The position numbers and the translations under genes were made by a program. A DNA stretch of 24,479 nt from contig JBDKSP010000108.1 in assembly GCA_039680575.1 (NCBI GenBank), forward strand, positions 1 to 24,479. The letters run 5' to 3'. Shown piece by piece: positions 8,592 to 18,214 of this stretch. The notes beneath the pieces were generated by a model that did no database searches, was not told the DNA's origin, and saw only the letters and a list, made by a program, of their open reading frames with translations. The DNA comes from Armatimonadota bacterium. Its GTDB lineage: Bacteria; Armatimonadota; UBA5829; DTLH01. Within the stretch, counting starts at the first letter, position 1. Every line of letters starts with the position of its first letter.

Positions 8592-8837
8592 TCTTGCGCT
8601 ATTTATGTATCAGCGTTCCCGAAGTTTCGTGATTATTCCAGAATATCGAAATTTATCTTTTACCTCAGGTCATATTATATAGCAAAACGACGACAATTAA
8701 TGCAGTGTTGCAGCTCTGGCGGCGATAGTTATTAATTAATTGTGTTTTGCCGGACAGGCGGCTGGGTATAGCCTATCTGCTACAAAAATACGGCTTCTTG
8801 CTGGCCGGTAAATTCTAACAAGGAGTGTGATACTGTC

Positions 8838-10049
8838 GTGACAACAGCCAAATTGCTTTTAGCTGCTATTCTTGGGATAGCTTTACTCGCCGGCTGCGGC
8901 GGGAGTGGCGGAGGCAGCAGCGGAGGAGTCATCTCTATCGATCCATCGGATGACTCGGGAACCAACGAAGCTCCCACGATTACGAGCCTGTCACCGCAGG
9001 GAACCACGGCGTCTCCCATCCGCATCCAGGCGGGAAAAACGCAGATTCTGGTCGTAGCGGCTACCGACCCCGACAAAGACAATCTGACCTACACCTGGAG
9101 CACGGATAATGGTCAAGTGACGGGGAACAGCCCGAGTGCAGACTATGTTGCGCCTCAGAGCGCCTGCACATCGATTGTTACAGTCAAGGTAAGCGACGGC
9201 AACAACCATACGGTCTCGGCGAAGTGCTGCTTTACTGTATATAAGGACGACGAACCCGATCCTCCTGATCCGGAGGTAAATGAACCGCCGGTCATTTCAG
9301 ACCTGACTGCGGATCCGAATTCCGTCAAGACCGGCGAAACATCCAACCTGACGGCAGTAGCAACCGACCCGGATGGAGACGAGCTTACCTATTCATGGTC
9401 AGCAAGCGGCGGATCGATCCAGTCATCGACCGGAAACACCGCTGTCTGGAAGGCGCCATCCACGGCTGATGGCTGCACCGTGACCGTGTCTGTAAGCGAT
9501 GGCAACAATCCTGCCGTAACCAAAAGCGTTGCGATTACTGTAGACGGCGCAGATGATCCTGTAATCACGAACGGGCTTGCGGCTACTTATGTTCAGAACG
9601 ACCATGATGTCGCTCACCCGGACCTCTCAAAAGGCACTGTGGTATTCACACGGATCGATGCGAACATCAACTTCGACTGGGGACGCAAAGCCCCCGACCC
9701 CAGCATGGTTACCGACGAAACAACCGAAAACGGCAGCGATTATGGGGTTATATGGAACGGCTACATCAAGTGTGAGAAAGCTGGTGCTTACCAGTTCAAA
9801 GCAGTATATGACGACGGGTTCCGTCTTTGGGTGTCGGACGATTCCAGTAATATGCAGATGGTCATAGATGGCTGGTATACCGGTCCCTTGTCCAGCGAAG
9901 GGCAGATAACACTGGAAGGCAGTAAGTGGTATAAACTGGAAGCTCAATATTTCGCTGACCAGGACAGGTCCTACATCCAGCTTTACTGGCTTCCGCCAGG
10001 CGAAACGGAGTGGAGTATAGTGCCGACCGATGCACTGCGAACAGAATAG
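8838..10049 (+). CDS. Lipoprotein with two Ig-like/PKD domains and a C-terminal PA14 domain
   Basis: Lipobox LAGC plus Gly/Ser linker; two repeats NxxPxI...ATDPDxDxLTYxWS...VTVxVSDGNN; PA14 features RIDANINFDWG and DDGFRLWV; AAGGAG SD. Confidence 0.88.
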   Translation: MTTAKLLLAAILGIALLAGCGGSGGGSSGGVISIDPSDDSGTNEAPTITSLSPQGTTASPIRIQAGKTQILVVAATDPDKDNLTYTWSTDNGQVTGNSPSADYVAPQSACTSIVTVKVSDGNNHTVSAKCCFTVYKDDEPDPPDPEVNEPPVISDLTADPNSVKTGETSNLTAVATDPDGDELTYSWSASGGSIQSSTGNTAVWKAPSTADGCTVTVSVSDGNNPAVTKSVAITVDGADDPVITNGLAATYVQNDHDVAHPDLSKGTVVFTRIDANINFDWGRKAPDPSMVTDETTENGSDYGVIWNGYIKCEKAGAYQFKAVYDDGFRLWVSDDSSNMQMVIDGWYTGPLSSEGQITLEGSKWYKLEAQYFADQDRSYIQLYWLPPGETEWSIVPTDALRTE

Positions 10050-10088
10050 CCCGTATTCACTGATCGTGAGTAATGCCGGTCAATCAGT

Positions 10089-10130
10089 GAGCCGCAGGAT
10101 GTATGAAAAGCCTGCGGCTCGCGTTTATCT
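10089..10130 (+). terminator. Probable intrinsic terminator after the lipoprotein gene
   Basis: GAGCCGCAGG/CCTGCGGCTC 10-bp stem followed by a weak T-rich tail. Confidence 0.5.
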
Positions 10131-10168
10131 TAAGAGGAATCCCCATTCAAACTAACGAACTTGACTGT

Positions 10169-10537
10169 ATGACATACCAGGCCAGATTTGTAATTCAAGA
10201 GCATCATGCAAGCCGGCTGCATTGGGACTTCAGGCTGGAACTCGATGGAGTGTTGAAGAGTTGGGCTGTTCCAAAAGGCGTCCCGGAGGAGCCGGGAATA
10301 AAACGGCTGGCTGTCCCGGTCGAAGACCATCAACTCGACTACATCGACTTTGAAGGTGAGATCCCGGAAGGACAGTACGGCGCGGGGAAGGTCATCATCT
10401 GGGACAGCGGAACCTACACTCTCACGGAACGCACCCTGGGCAAGCTCCATTTTACGCTCTTTGGGAAGAAACTTTCCGGTGACTATATTCTGACCCGGAT
10501 GCGTGACAGCCAGTGGCTGATATTCAAAAAGAGATAA
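10169..10537 (+). CDS. Stand-alone LigD 3'-phosphoesterase (PE) domain protein
   Basis: [36 protein letters not shown] and [13 protein letters not shown]. The ORF-track ATG 10103 lies in the loop of the upstream hairpin, so ATG 10169 is preferred. Confidence 0.93.
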   Translation: MTYQARFVIQEHHASRLHWDFRLELDGVLKSWAVPKGVPEEPGIKRLAVPVEDHQLDYIDFEGEIPEGQYGAGKVIIWDSGTYTLTERTLGKLHFTLFGKKLSGDYILTRMRDSQWLIFKKR

Positions 10538-10721
10538 TTGGGTAAATCAAAAAGTAGATATAATGCAGCTATAGATTTACGGCAATAGTCAAGCTGAAAA
10601 TCCATAGATTCAGAGTGACGTATTAGCCGTTCATAGTGATGTCTTTCCGTTCAGGTTGACGTATAATTATCATTAAGAGTGAACCATTGCCACATCGGGC
10701 GGTAGATACCCGTATTAATAA

Positions 10722-11822
10722 ATGTTAAGTACTCAGGATAAGCCAATGATACATAAATACAGGTACGCGGTTTTTTTGTTCGTTCTCATGTTGACTCTCG
10801 GGACAGCTGCCTCGGAACAGGCCTGGGCTAAGACCACGGTCAAAGACGAGATAGAAATCGGGCAGAAATCAGCCAAGGAGATCGAAAAAGAGTTTCCTGT
10901 CACGGAGAACAAAGAGTGGTTGAAGGAGATCGATAGCCTTGGTAAACTTCTTACCCCTTACGTAAAGCGAAAAGAGCTGCCATATACCTTCAAGATCATC
11001 AAAGAGGAAACAAAAGGCAAACCTGAACTTGATGCGTTTTCCCTTCCCGGCGGCCCGGTATACTTTTCCGAGCGGATGTGGAGGATAATGACCCGTGATG
11101 AGCGCATCGGAATACTTGCGCATGAAATATCCCACATCGATAAACGCCATGCTATCGATACAATGAGCGAGATGCAGAGAAGAAGCCTGTGGACAACTGC
11201 GGTTATGATCATAACCGGCGCGCGCGGCAATTGGTGGGATGCAGCCGACCTTGCAAATACTCTGTACACCCTTAAATTCTCCCGGAAACGCGAAAAAGAG
11301 GCCGATATGATGGCTGTCGACTTGACCACGGCTGCGGGTCAGACCCCGGCGGGGCTTGTGACGGCACTGAAGAAGCTCCAGCGGATGGAAAATGAAGAAG
11401 GCAATAAGCCGCCCAAAATACTCTCCACCCACCCGGAGATCGGAGACAGGGTGAAATATCTGACTGAAGAGTGTGTGAAGCTTGGAGTGAAACCGGAGGT
11501 TATGGAACTGAAGTTCCAGGACCAGCCGGACAGGTTGGGCGATGTCATGGCCAAGAAAAAAAAGGACATGCTCGTAAATGTAACCGCGAAATATCCTCTC
11601 GCGGTAAATACGCTGGTGTGGATCAAAAAGCCGCTCTGGGACGAAGAAAAGAATGTGGTTGCACCAAAGCCTGTGGCTAAAGGCGTCGCGCTTACGGCAG
11701 GGACCGAGGTCCAGGTATCGGTCAAGATGGAACTGGGGTTCGATTTTTCCGACATAGAAGCCGGTGACGGCGTCTATCCGAGAGAGCCCGATCCCACTCC
11801 GAAAATAAAAATATTAAAGTAG
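10722..11822 (+). CDS. Exported M48-family zinc metallopeptidase with C-terminal extension
   Basis: AFSLPGG, LAHEISH (HExxH), FSRKREKEAD and LSTHP; signal peptide ending near AWA. The start may be ATG 10746. Confidence 0.92.
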   Translation: MLSTQDKPMIHKYRYAVFLFVLMLTLGTAASEQAWAKTTVKDEIEIGQKSAKEIEKEFPVTENKEWLKEIDSLGKLLTPYVKRKELPYTFKIIKEETKGKPELDAFSLPGGPVYFSERMWRIMTRDERIGILAHEISHIDKRHAIDTMSEMQRRSLWTTAVMIITGARGNWWDAADLANTLYTLKFSRKREKEADMMAVDLTTAAGQTPAGLVTALKKLQRMENEEGNKPPKILSTHPEIGDRVKYLTEECVKLGVKPEVMELKFQDQPDRLGDVMAKKKKDMLVNVTAKYPLAVNTLVWIKKPLWDEEKNVVAPKPVAKGVALTAGTEVQVSVKMELGFDFSDIEAGDGVYPREPDPTPKIKILK

Positions 11823-11832
11823 AGTTTTCTAG

Positions 11833-11866
11833 TCCCGATGCAGATAATTACATCGGGATATTTTTT
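11833..11866 (+). terminator. Probable intrinsic terminator after the M48 gene
   Basis: TCCCGATG/CATCGGGA stem followed by a T run. Confidence 0.55.
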
Positions 11867-11886
11867 GCTTTATGGAGGAATAGGAT

Positions 11887-13041
11887 TTGGGATTTAACAC
11901 TGTTTTTGTAGTTACGGTCTTGACGTCAAGAATGTTCATGCCGGGGATGTCCGATATTCCCAATATTCCGGGTATGGATACTGCCGGGTTCAGCGGACCG
12001 ATGAGGACCCTCACGATGAACCTGATGAGTGACAAAAAAGTCGATGCGCAATCGAAGGCCGAGGCAATGATCCCTGAAGGGCTCAAACTGGGACCCAAAG
12101 TGAAGTTGACCATCGATCTGCCTGGGAAAACAGAAGAAAAGATCACGACCGAAGGTAAGGATGAGCAGGCGAATATGCCTGATTTTACCATGAAGCTCTA
12201 CTGGAAGAGCTCGGAAAAGGTCCTGCCTGGGCAGCCGAAGGTCATAACTTCAGCCGATGTTAAAAATGCCGCATTTATGTCACCGGAGAAGATGAAACAA
12301 GTCCAGAAGAACATCGAAAAAGAGGCGGACAGGTCTCATGCTTACTGGCCGGGACAGGATTTCAAAAAACTCGACAAGAATGCAGCGACTCCGGGCGGTT
12401 ATACGCTGACCACCAACTATTGCGGAGTGACATCCTTCTCTATGGAGGCGTCACAGAACTTCCTTGACCCGATCAACCTGACCAGCCTGAACAATGGCGC
12501 CGACCTGGCGAAATCGATCAAAGTTCAGTGGGACGCCGTCCCGAATGCCGCGGCTTACCTGGTTACTGCGTTCAGCTCAAGTGATAAGGTCATAATTACC
12601 TGGACATCGAGTGCAGACCCGGATATGCAGGGGAATGTCTACCAAGGCGCAATAAGCAAGGCCGATATGAAGAAGTATCTGGATTCGGGAATACTCCTTC
12701 CGGCGGCCACTACGACATGTTACATCCCTGCGGGTATATTTGAAAGCACCCAAGCTCCGATGCTGATGGTTACAGCTTATGGCAACGATACCATACAGCA
12801 GAAGGATGGGATTGAAACGCAGATAGTAGTGAGATCGACCGCAACCGCGACGCTTTCCGGTCCGATGGGCGGAAATTTGGATGAAGAGAGCATCAAGTCG
12901 AGTGACTCCAACTCTGCGAAAGATGCGGAAAATACGGTTAAAGAGGATGATTCGAACAAGACCCCGGACAAGCCTGCTGACAAAGATGGAGATAAAGTCA
13001 AAAAAGGGCTGAAGAAGCTGAAAGGCATTCTGGGACGGTAA
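11887..13041 (+). CDS. Hypothetical protein, probably exported (FN3-like segment, low-complexity tail)
   Basis: 384-aa ORF with GGAGG SD before TTG; MPGM-rich N-terminus, VQWDAVPNAAAY segment and charged C-terminal tail. Confidence 0.8.
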   Translation: MGFNTVFVVTVLTSRMFMPGMSDIPNIPGMDTAGFSGPMRTLTMNLMSDKKVDAQSKAEAMIPEGLKLGPKVKLTIDLPGKTEEKITTEGKDEQANMPDFTMKLYWKSSEKVLPGQPKVITSADVKNAAFMSPEKMKQVQKNIEKEADRSHAYWPGQDFKKLDKNAATPGGYTLTTNYCGVTSFSMEASQNFLDPINLTSLNNGADLAKSIKVQWDAVPNAAAYLVTAFSSSDKVIITWTSSADPDMQGNVYQGAISKADMKKYLDSGILLPAATTTCYIPAGIFESTQAPMLMVTAYGNDTIQQKDGIETQIVVRSTATATLSGPMGGNLDEESIKSSDSNSAKDAENTVKEDDSNKTPDKPADKDGDKVKKGLKKLKGILGR

Positions 13042-13117
13042 ATATCATCTAAAGAGTTTCGAGTGCTGAAACAATATTCAATACTCGTTACATCAACTGC
13101 CAAAACTCTGTAAAACG

Positions 13118-13156
13118 AGCGGCTTCATCAGCAAATTTATGATGAAGCCGCTTTTT
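13118..13156 (+). terminator. Intrinsic terminator
   Basis: AGCGGCTTCATCA/TGATGAAGCCGCT 13-bp stem followed by a T run. Confidence 0.85.
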
Positions 13157-13345
13157 ATTTGTCTGGCATCATCGGGCTAGTCCCACATTCAGATCAACCT
13201 ACTTATCCTTTCTGAATGCAGTCCGGTATTCGAATAATAACACATATTTATTCTATGTTATTCAACTCCTTTCCTGCGGCTAGTTATGCCACAGGTATGG
13301 ACCATCGTATTATGAGTTCCCTGTTATTTATTCTCCGTTTCCGCA

Positions 13346-13354
13346 TGATATAAT
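13346..13354 (+). promoter_or_regulatory. Extended -10 promoter (TGATATAAT) for mnmG, probably leaderless
   Basis: TGn-TATAAT lies 8 nt upstream of ATG 13363; no SD. Confidence 0.6.
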
Positions 13355-13362
13355 AATAACGT

Positions 13363-15240
13363 ATGGACTACTATGAAGTTATAATCATCGGTGCGGGGCA
13401 CGCGGGGAGTGAGGCTGCACTTGCAGCGGCAAGGCTTGGCTGCAGGACTCTTCTTCTCACAATAGATACGGACAAAATCTCACTTATGCCGTGCAACTGT
13501 TCCATCGGCGGGCCTGCAAAGGGTCATCTCGTAAGAGAGATCGATGCGCTCGGCGGGCAGATGGGTCTCGCTATCGATGCTACATATACACATATTCGGA
13601 TGCTTAATACCGGCAAGGGTCCTGCTGTCAGGGCGATACGGGCACAGGCTGACAAGAAGCTCTACAGCCGGGAGATGCGGCGCGTCATCGACTCTCAGCC
13701 GAACCTGGAGCTTAAAGAAGGGCTGGTCGATGAGTTGATTATCGAACGGTCGGCCTCCGGCAGTTCAAGGATCATCGGAGTCAAGTTGGCCGGGGGCGAG
13801 GAGTTATCAGGCAAGACCGTCGTTGTCACTACCGGGACTTTTCTCCGTGGGCTCATCCATATCGGAGAAACCAGCTATCCAGCCGGAAGAGCCGGCGAAC
13901 CCCCAGCGAACTCCCTTTCGGGAAGCCTCCGCGAGGCCGGAATCGAACTCGGCAGGCTCAAAACAGGCACGACTCCACGGCTGGACAAACGCACAATTGA
14001 CTTCTCCAAGACCGAAATTCAGCCGTCCGACCCAGAACCGCTGGCGTTTTCGTTTATGACGCCTAAGGTGAAGCGGGAAGGGCTTCTTCCCTGCTGGCTC
14101 ACATACACGAATGAGAGGACGCATGAGGTCATTCGAACCAATCTCAGCCGTTCGGCGATGTACGGCGGGCGGATAGACGGCATCGGTCCACGCTACTGCC
14201 CTTCAATCGAAGACAAGGTGGTCAGGTTCCCGAACAGGGAGCGGCACCAGGTCTTTTTGGAACAGGAGGGATGGGACACCGATGAGATCTATGTTCAGGG
14301 GATGTCCACCTCCATGCCGGAGGATGTCCAGCACGAGTTTATCGCAACTATTCCCGGTCTCGAAGAGGCGGAGATGCTCCGCTCCGGCTACGCTATCGAA
14401 TACGATTTCGCGCAGCCGACCCAACTCAAACCGAGCCTGGAGACGAAACCGGTGGAAGGACTCTTTTTCGCCGGCCAGTTGAACGGGACTTCAGGCTACG
14501 AAGAGGCCGCCGCGCAGGGGCTTATGGCAGGAATCAACGCCGCAATGAAGGTGCAGGGGAGAGATGCCGTAATAATCCCCAGGAATCTCGGCTACATCGG
14601 GGTGATGATCGACGACCTGGTGACGAAAGGCGTTCTCGACCCGTACAGGCTCCTAACCTCCCGCGCGGAGTACAGGCTGCTTCTCAGACAGGATAACGCT
14701 GACCTCAGGCTGACTCCGCTCGCAAGAGAGCTCGGGCTCACAGGTGATGAGCGGTGGGATGCACTCAACCGCAAGAGTGGATCCATAAATCGAGAGCTTA
14801 CGAGACTTGCGAGCACGTATATCAAGCCGAATGAGAGTGACAAACTCGACTTGATAGGTGTAGAATCTCTTGGCAGGCCTGCAAGCCTTGAAGAAATTCT
14901 CAGAAGACCCGAAGTATCGTATCAGGACATAATCCGCGCATCAAGCAACGGCAGGTTGGAGCCGGATGCGGCGGAACAAGTGGAGCTTTCGGTCAAATAT
15001 CAGGGTTATATCGACCGGGAGCTCGCGCAAGTCGAAAGAAACCGGAGGCTTGAGGTCAAGCCGGTGCCGGAGAATATTGATTTTAGTTCCATAAGAGCGC
15101 TTTCATGTGAGGCTAAGGACAAACTTTCGAGGGTGAAGCCGCTCACACTCGGCCAGGCATCCCGTATTCCGGGAGTTACTCCCGCGGACATTGCCATCCT
15201 CGCGGTGCATTTGGAACAATTGGCGAGGACTGTTCATTGA
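13363..15240 (+). CDS. mnmG: tRNA uridine-5-carboxymethylaminomethyl modification enzyme MnmG/GidA
   Basis: [55 protein letters not shown] and SRAEYRL. Confidence 0.98.
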   Translation: MDYYEVIIIGAGHAGSEAALAAARLGCRTLLLTIDTDKISLMPCNCSIGGPAKGHLVREIDALGGQMGLAIDATYTHIRMLNTGKGPAVRAIRAQADKKLYSREMRRVIDSQPNLELKEGLVDELIIERSASGSSRIIGVKLAGGEELSGKTVVVTTGTFLRGLIHIGETSYPAGRAGEPPANSLSGSLREAGIELGRLKTGTTPRLDKRTIDFSKTEIQPSDPEPLAFSFMTPKVKREGLLPCWLTYTNERTHEVIRTNLSRSAMYGGRIDGIGPRYCPSIEDKVVRFPNRERHQVFLEQEGWDTDEIYVQGMSTSMPEDVQHEFIATIPGLEEAEMLRSGYAIEYDFAQPTQLKPSLETKPVEGLFFAGQLNGTSGYEEAAAQGLMAGINAAMKVQGRDAVIIPRNLGYIGVMIDDLVTKGVLDPYRLLTSRAEYRLLLRQDNADLRLTPLARELGLTGDERWDALNRKSGSINRELTRLASTYIKPNESDKLDLIGVESLGRPASLEEILRRPEVSYQDIIRASSNGRLEPDAAEQVELSVKYQGYIDRELAQVERNRRLEVKPVPENIDFSSIRALSCEAKDKLSRVKPLTLGQASRIPGVTPADIAILAVHLEQLARTVH

Positions 15241-16415
15241 TAAAATCCAGATCCTTTGTTAAGGCCACGCTGCAGGCTATCCTGGCTGCTGCGCTCTTCA
15301 GCGCGAGCACGCCTTTTTCGAAGATTTTGCTCGGAAAAGTGGATCCTCTTCCCCTGGCAGCACTTTTGTACATCGGCAGCGGCATCGGCTCCCTGCTGTT
15401 TATGTTTTTAAGATGTATCGGACAGAAGTGTGATGAAGCAGAAGCTCCGCTTGAGAGGGCGGACATCCCATGGCTCGTCGGAGCCACTGTCGCAGGCGGC
15501 GTGGTCGCTCCAATCATTCTCATGGTCAGCCTCAAAGTTACTCCCGCGGCAACAGCCTCGATGCTGTTCAATTTCGAAGGAGTCGCCACGATACTTATTG
15601 CTTCATTGCTCTTTCAGGAGGCTGCGGGACGGCGGATATGGACCGCAATAGCCTTCATTACCGGCGCAGGCATACTCCTTTCTCTTGACACTTCGGGCGG
15701 ATGGGGTATTTCGATCGGTGCTCTTGGCGTAATTGTAGCCTGTGCGCTCTGGGGACTGAACAATAATCTGATCAGGAATATCTCCGCCAAAGACCCGCTC
15801 AAGATCGTTACCATAAAGGGACTGTGCGCCGGTACTTTTACACTGCTCCTGTCCATGGTCCTGGGACGGAGCTTTCCCAGCATACCGATTATCCTCGTGG
15901 CATTGCTGATCGGCAGCGTAAGCTACGGAATGTGCATCATGTTGTCCGTACTTGCGATGCGCAGTCTCGGAGCGGGAAGGACAAGCGCCTACTTCGGTAC
16001 GGCGCCGTTTATAGGGGCGATACTCTCGTTCATCCTATTCCGCGAAATGCCGAACATACCGTTTTTGCTGTCAGTACCGCTTATGATTGCAGGAGCTATT
16101 CTCCTGCTGGGTGAGAATCACTGCCACGTCCATAAGCATCTTCCAATGGAACATGAACACCGCCACCGCCACGATGACCTTCATCATAACCATACTCATG
16201 AAGACGGTTATTGTGGTCATGGAGCGCACTCGCACAAACATAAACACGAACTCCTGGTGCATACGCATCCACATGCGCCGGACATCCATCACCGCCATGA
16301 CCACAGTAAAATAACAGAACATCTGATAGAGCTGGATATGGAGTCTGATAATAATTGCATGGTAGATACGCATAATAGTGTGGAAGAAGCAGATATTGCT
16401 CGACAGAATAACTGA
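15237..16415 (+). CDS. EamA/DMT-family transporter with His-rich C-terminal tail
   Basis: About ten TM helices in two EamA repeats and a tail ending HxPDIHHRHxH. The TTG start overlaps the mnmG stop (TTGA). Confidence 0.9.
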   Translation: MIKSRSFVKATLQAILAAALFSASTPFSKILLGKVDPLPLAALLYIGSGIGSLLFMFLRCIGQKCDEAEAPLERADIPWLVGATVAGGVVAPIILMVSLKVTPAATASMLFNFEGVATILIASLLFQEAAGRRIWTAIAFITGAGILLSLDTSGGWGISIGALGVIVACALWGLNNNLIRNISAKDPLKIVTIKGLCAGTFTLLLSMVLGRSFPSIPIILVALLIGSVSYGMCIMLSVLAMRSLGAGRTSAYFGTAPFIGAILSFILFREMPNIPFLLSVPLMIAGAILLLGENHCHVHKHLPMEHEHRHRHDDLHHNHTHEDGYCGHGAHSHKHKHELLVHTHPHAPDIHHRHDHSKITEHLIELDMESDNNCMVDTHNSVEEADIARQNN

Positions 16416-16433
16416 ATACCGATCCGGCATAAG

Positions 16434-16457
16434 GCAGCGGGTTACCCCGCTGCTTTT
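16434..16457 (+). terminator. Intrinsic terminator
   Basis: GCAGCGGG-ttac-CCCGCTGC followed by TTTT. Confidence 0.75.
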
Positions 16458-16507
16458 GCCGTACAAATGATAAAATCAATATGAGTTCTTTCCAAACTGG
16501 TGGAGAC

Positions 16508-16981
16508 ATGTTTACTATATGTACAGATAACGCTGAGGAGACGATGGCTTTCGGGGAAGCGCTGGGCTCGCGGCTCGGGTCAGGGGATGTAATCGCGCTC
16601 TATGGCGATCTCGGAGCGGGTAAAACGACTATGACTAAGGGTATCGCGCTCGGAGCCGGTGTGGACGCCGAGATACACAGCCCCACATTCACGCTCATCC
16701 ATGAACATGCCGGAAGAGTGCCTTTCTACCATGTCGATCTTTACAGATTGACCGGGGACGAAGACATCGAGTTCCTTGGACTGGAAGAATACCTCTACGG
16801 TGACGGGATAGTGGTAATCGAGTGGGCGGACCGCGCGCCAAAACTCCTTCCGGCTGAGCGGATAGAGATAAACCTCGGATACACGGATGATGACCGGAGG
16901 GAAATACGGATCGGAGCCACATCCGAGCGGTTGAATGAAATTATAGAATTGGTGGTAAGTAATGCTCGCGCTTGCGATTGA
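16508..16981 (+). CDS. tsaE: t6A37 biosynthesis ATPase TsaE
   Basis: GDLGAGKTT, SPTFTL, HVDLYRL and VIEWA. ATG 16508 has a GGTGGAG SD, with a TGATAAAAT -10 element upstream. Confidence 0.96.
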   Translation: MFTICTDNAEETMAFGEALGSRLGSGDVIALYGDLGAGKTTMTKGIALGAGVDAEIHSPTFTLIHEHAGRVPFYHVDLYRLTGDEDIEFLGLEEYLYGDGIVVIEWADRAPKLLPAERIEINLGYTDDDRREIRIGATSERLNEIIELVVSNARACD

Positions 16982-17678
16982 TACATCAGGCGACATTGCG
17001 GGGCTTGCGCTCGCAACGGAATCGAATATTTTAGCGGAGCTCAGCTTCCGGCAGAAAATGGACCTCTTGAAGCGCCTGGTCCCTAATATAGACAGGGTTC
17101 TGGCAGACACCGGTAAAAGCAGGGCTGAACTGGACGGGATCATCATCTCTCTTGGACCGGGGTCGTTTACGGGGCTTCGAATCGGAATGACTACGGCGAA
17201 GTCTATTGCACAGGTACTCGGTAAGCCGGTAGCCGGTGTGCCGACTCTGGATGTGCTCGCTGAGGGAGCATCTGCCGCTTGCCCGAGGTCTGTTGCGACC
17301 TTAATCCACGCAAGACCCGGCGATGTATTCTGGGCGTTTTACAGATGGGAAGACGGAAAACTCCTGAAAACTGTCGAAGATACCGCATCGACGGTAGAAG
17401 AGATGATCGAGGTTGCCGAAAAGGAGAGTTCGGTCGTCTTTTGCGGCGATGGAGCGGAGAGAAACCGCGAAGTTCTCGCGTCAGCATTTGGCGAGGGGAG
17501 TATCCTCCCTGAGTGGTTCAACACACCGCGCCCGTCTATTCTGGCAAGGCTCGGTGTCGACCGGCTGATGAAAAACGACACCGACGACCTCTTTGGCCTT
17601 GTCCCACGCTATGTCCGTCGCCCCACACCCGTAATCCGGCTCGAAAAAGGGGAATTGGGGGAAAAGCTGACAGGGTAG
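16962..17678 (+). CDS. tsaB: t6A37 biosynthesis protein TsaB
   Basis: LAIDTS, GPGSFTGLRIG, C-terminal PxYVR, and position directly after tsaE. Confidence 0.95.
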   Translation: MLALAIDTSGDIAGLALATESNILAELSFRQKMDLLKRLVPNIDRVLADTGKSRAELDGIIISLGPGSFTGLRIGMTTAKSIAQVLGKPVAGVPTLDVLAEGASAACPRSVATLIHARPGDVFWAFYRWEDGKLLKTVEDTASTVEEMIEVAEKESSVVFCGDGAERNREVLASAFGEGSILPEWFNTPRPSILARLGVDRLMKNDTDDLFGLVPRYVRRPTPVIRLEKGELGEKLTG

Positions 17679-17784
17679 TTGTCAGCTATCAGCTTTCGAA
17701 CCGCGGAGACGCGGAATAATGGGAAACGCGGAAGGTGGAAATTTAAAGCATTTACTCTTATACTGCAAATCTCCGCCAATCTCT

Positions 17785-17815
17785 TTGGAGTGCGGAAGCG
17801 CCAGCTTCCGCTTTT
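17785..17815 (+). terminator. Terminator-like or REP-like hairpin downstream of tsaB
   Basis: GCGGAAGC-gcca-GCTTCCGC followed by TTTT, preceded by TGGAGT. Confidence 0.55.
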
Positions 17816-18063
17816 CTATCGACATACTCATTTTTGAAACGCGAATTACGCGGATTTAACGGACTAAAGCGAATGGTGGAGACTTACAGCATCTACTACT
17901 TGTATGCTTCGGGACCGCAGTTCGTCCAACCCCGTGGACCTACCGGACCACGGGGAGAAGCACGACATCCGCCAATTTCTGTTGCTGCGGGAATTGATTC
18001 TGTGCATATTGCACAATTATCCTAAATCCGCTATTTCCGCAGCATAAAAAATGGGGAACAGAA

Positions 18064-18150
18064 GTAGTGGCCGTCCTCCGTGGCGGCCATCGGCAGCTTC
18101 GCTGCCGGAATACCCCTCATCCCAACCTTCTCCCGCAAGAGGAGAAGGAG
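18064..18150. repeat. Cluster of three REP-like palindromes
   Basis: GTAG-led hairpin TGGCCGTC/GGCGGCCA; CGGCAGC-ttc-GCTGCCG; and CCCTCATCCCAA-CCTTCTCC-cgcaaga-GGAGAAGG. Confidence 0.55.
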
Positions 18151-18214
18151 CAGCTTGTATAAATCTCCACCAATCCATTCTGTTCACTACATATGGGTAT
18201 AATATTAACAGAAG

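Noticed and set aside
17930..17966. ZTP (pfl) riboswitch, suggested by CCACGGGGAGAAGCACGAC
   Set aside because: The upstream GACTGGCG and downstream CGCCTGGGC elements are absent, and no purine or folate gene follows.
17679..18150. CRISPR array or tRNA
   Set aside because: No regularly spaced identical repeats and no cloverleaf or TTC loop.
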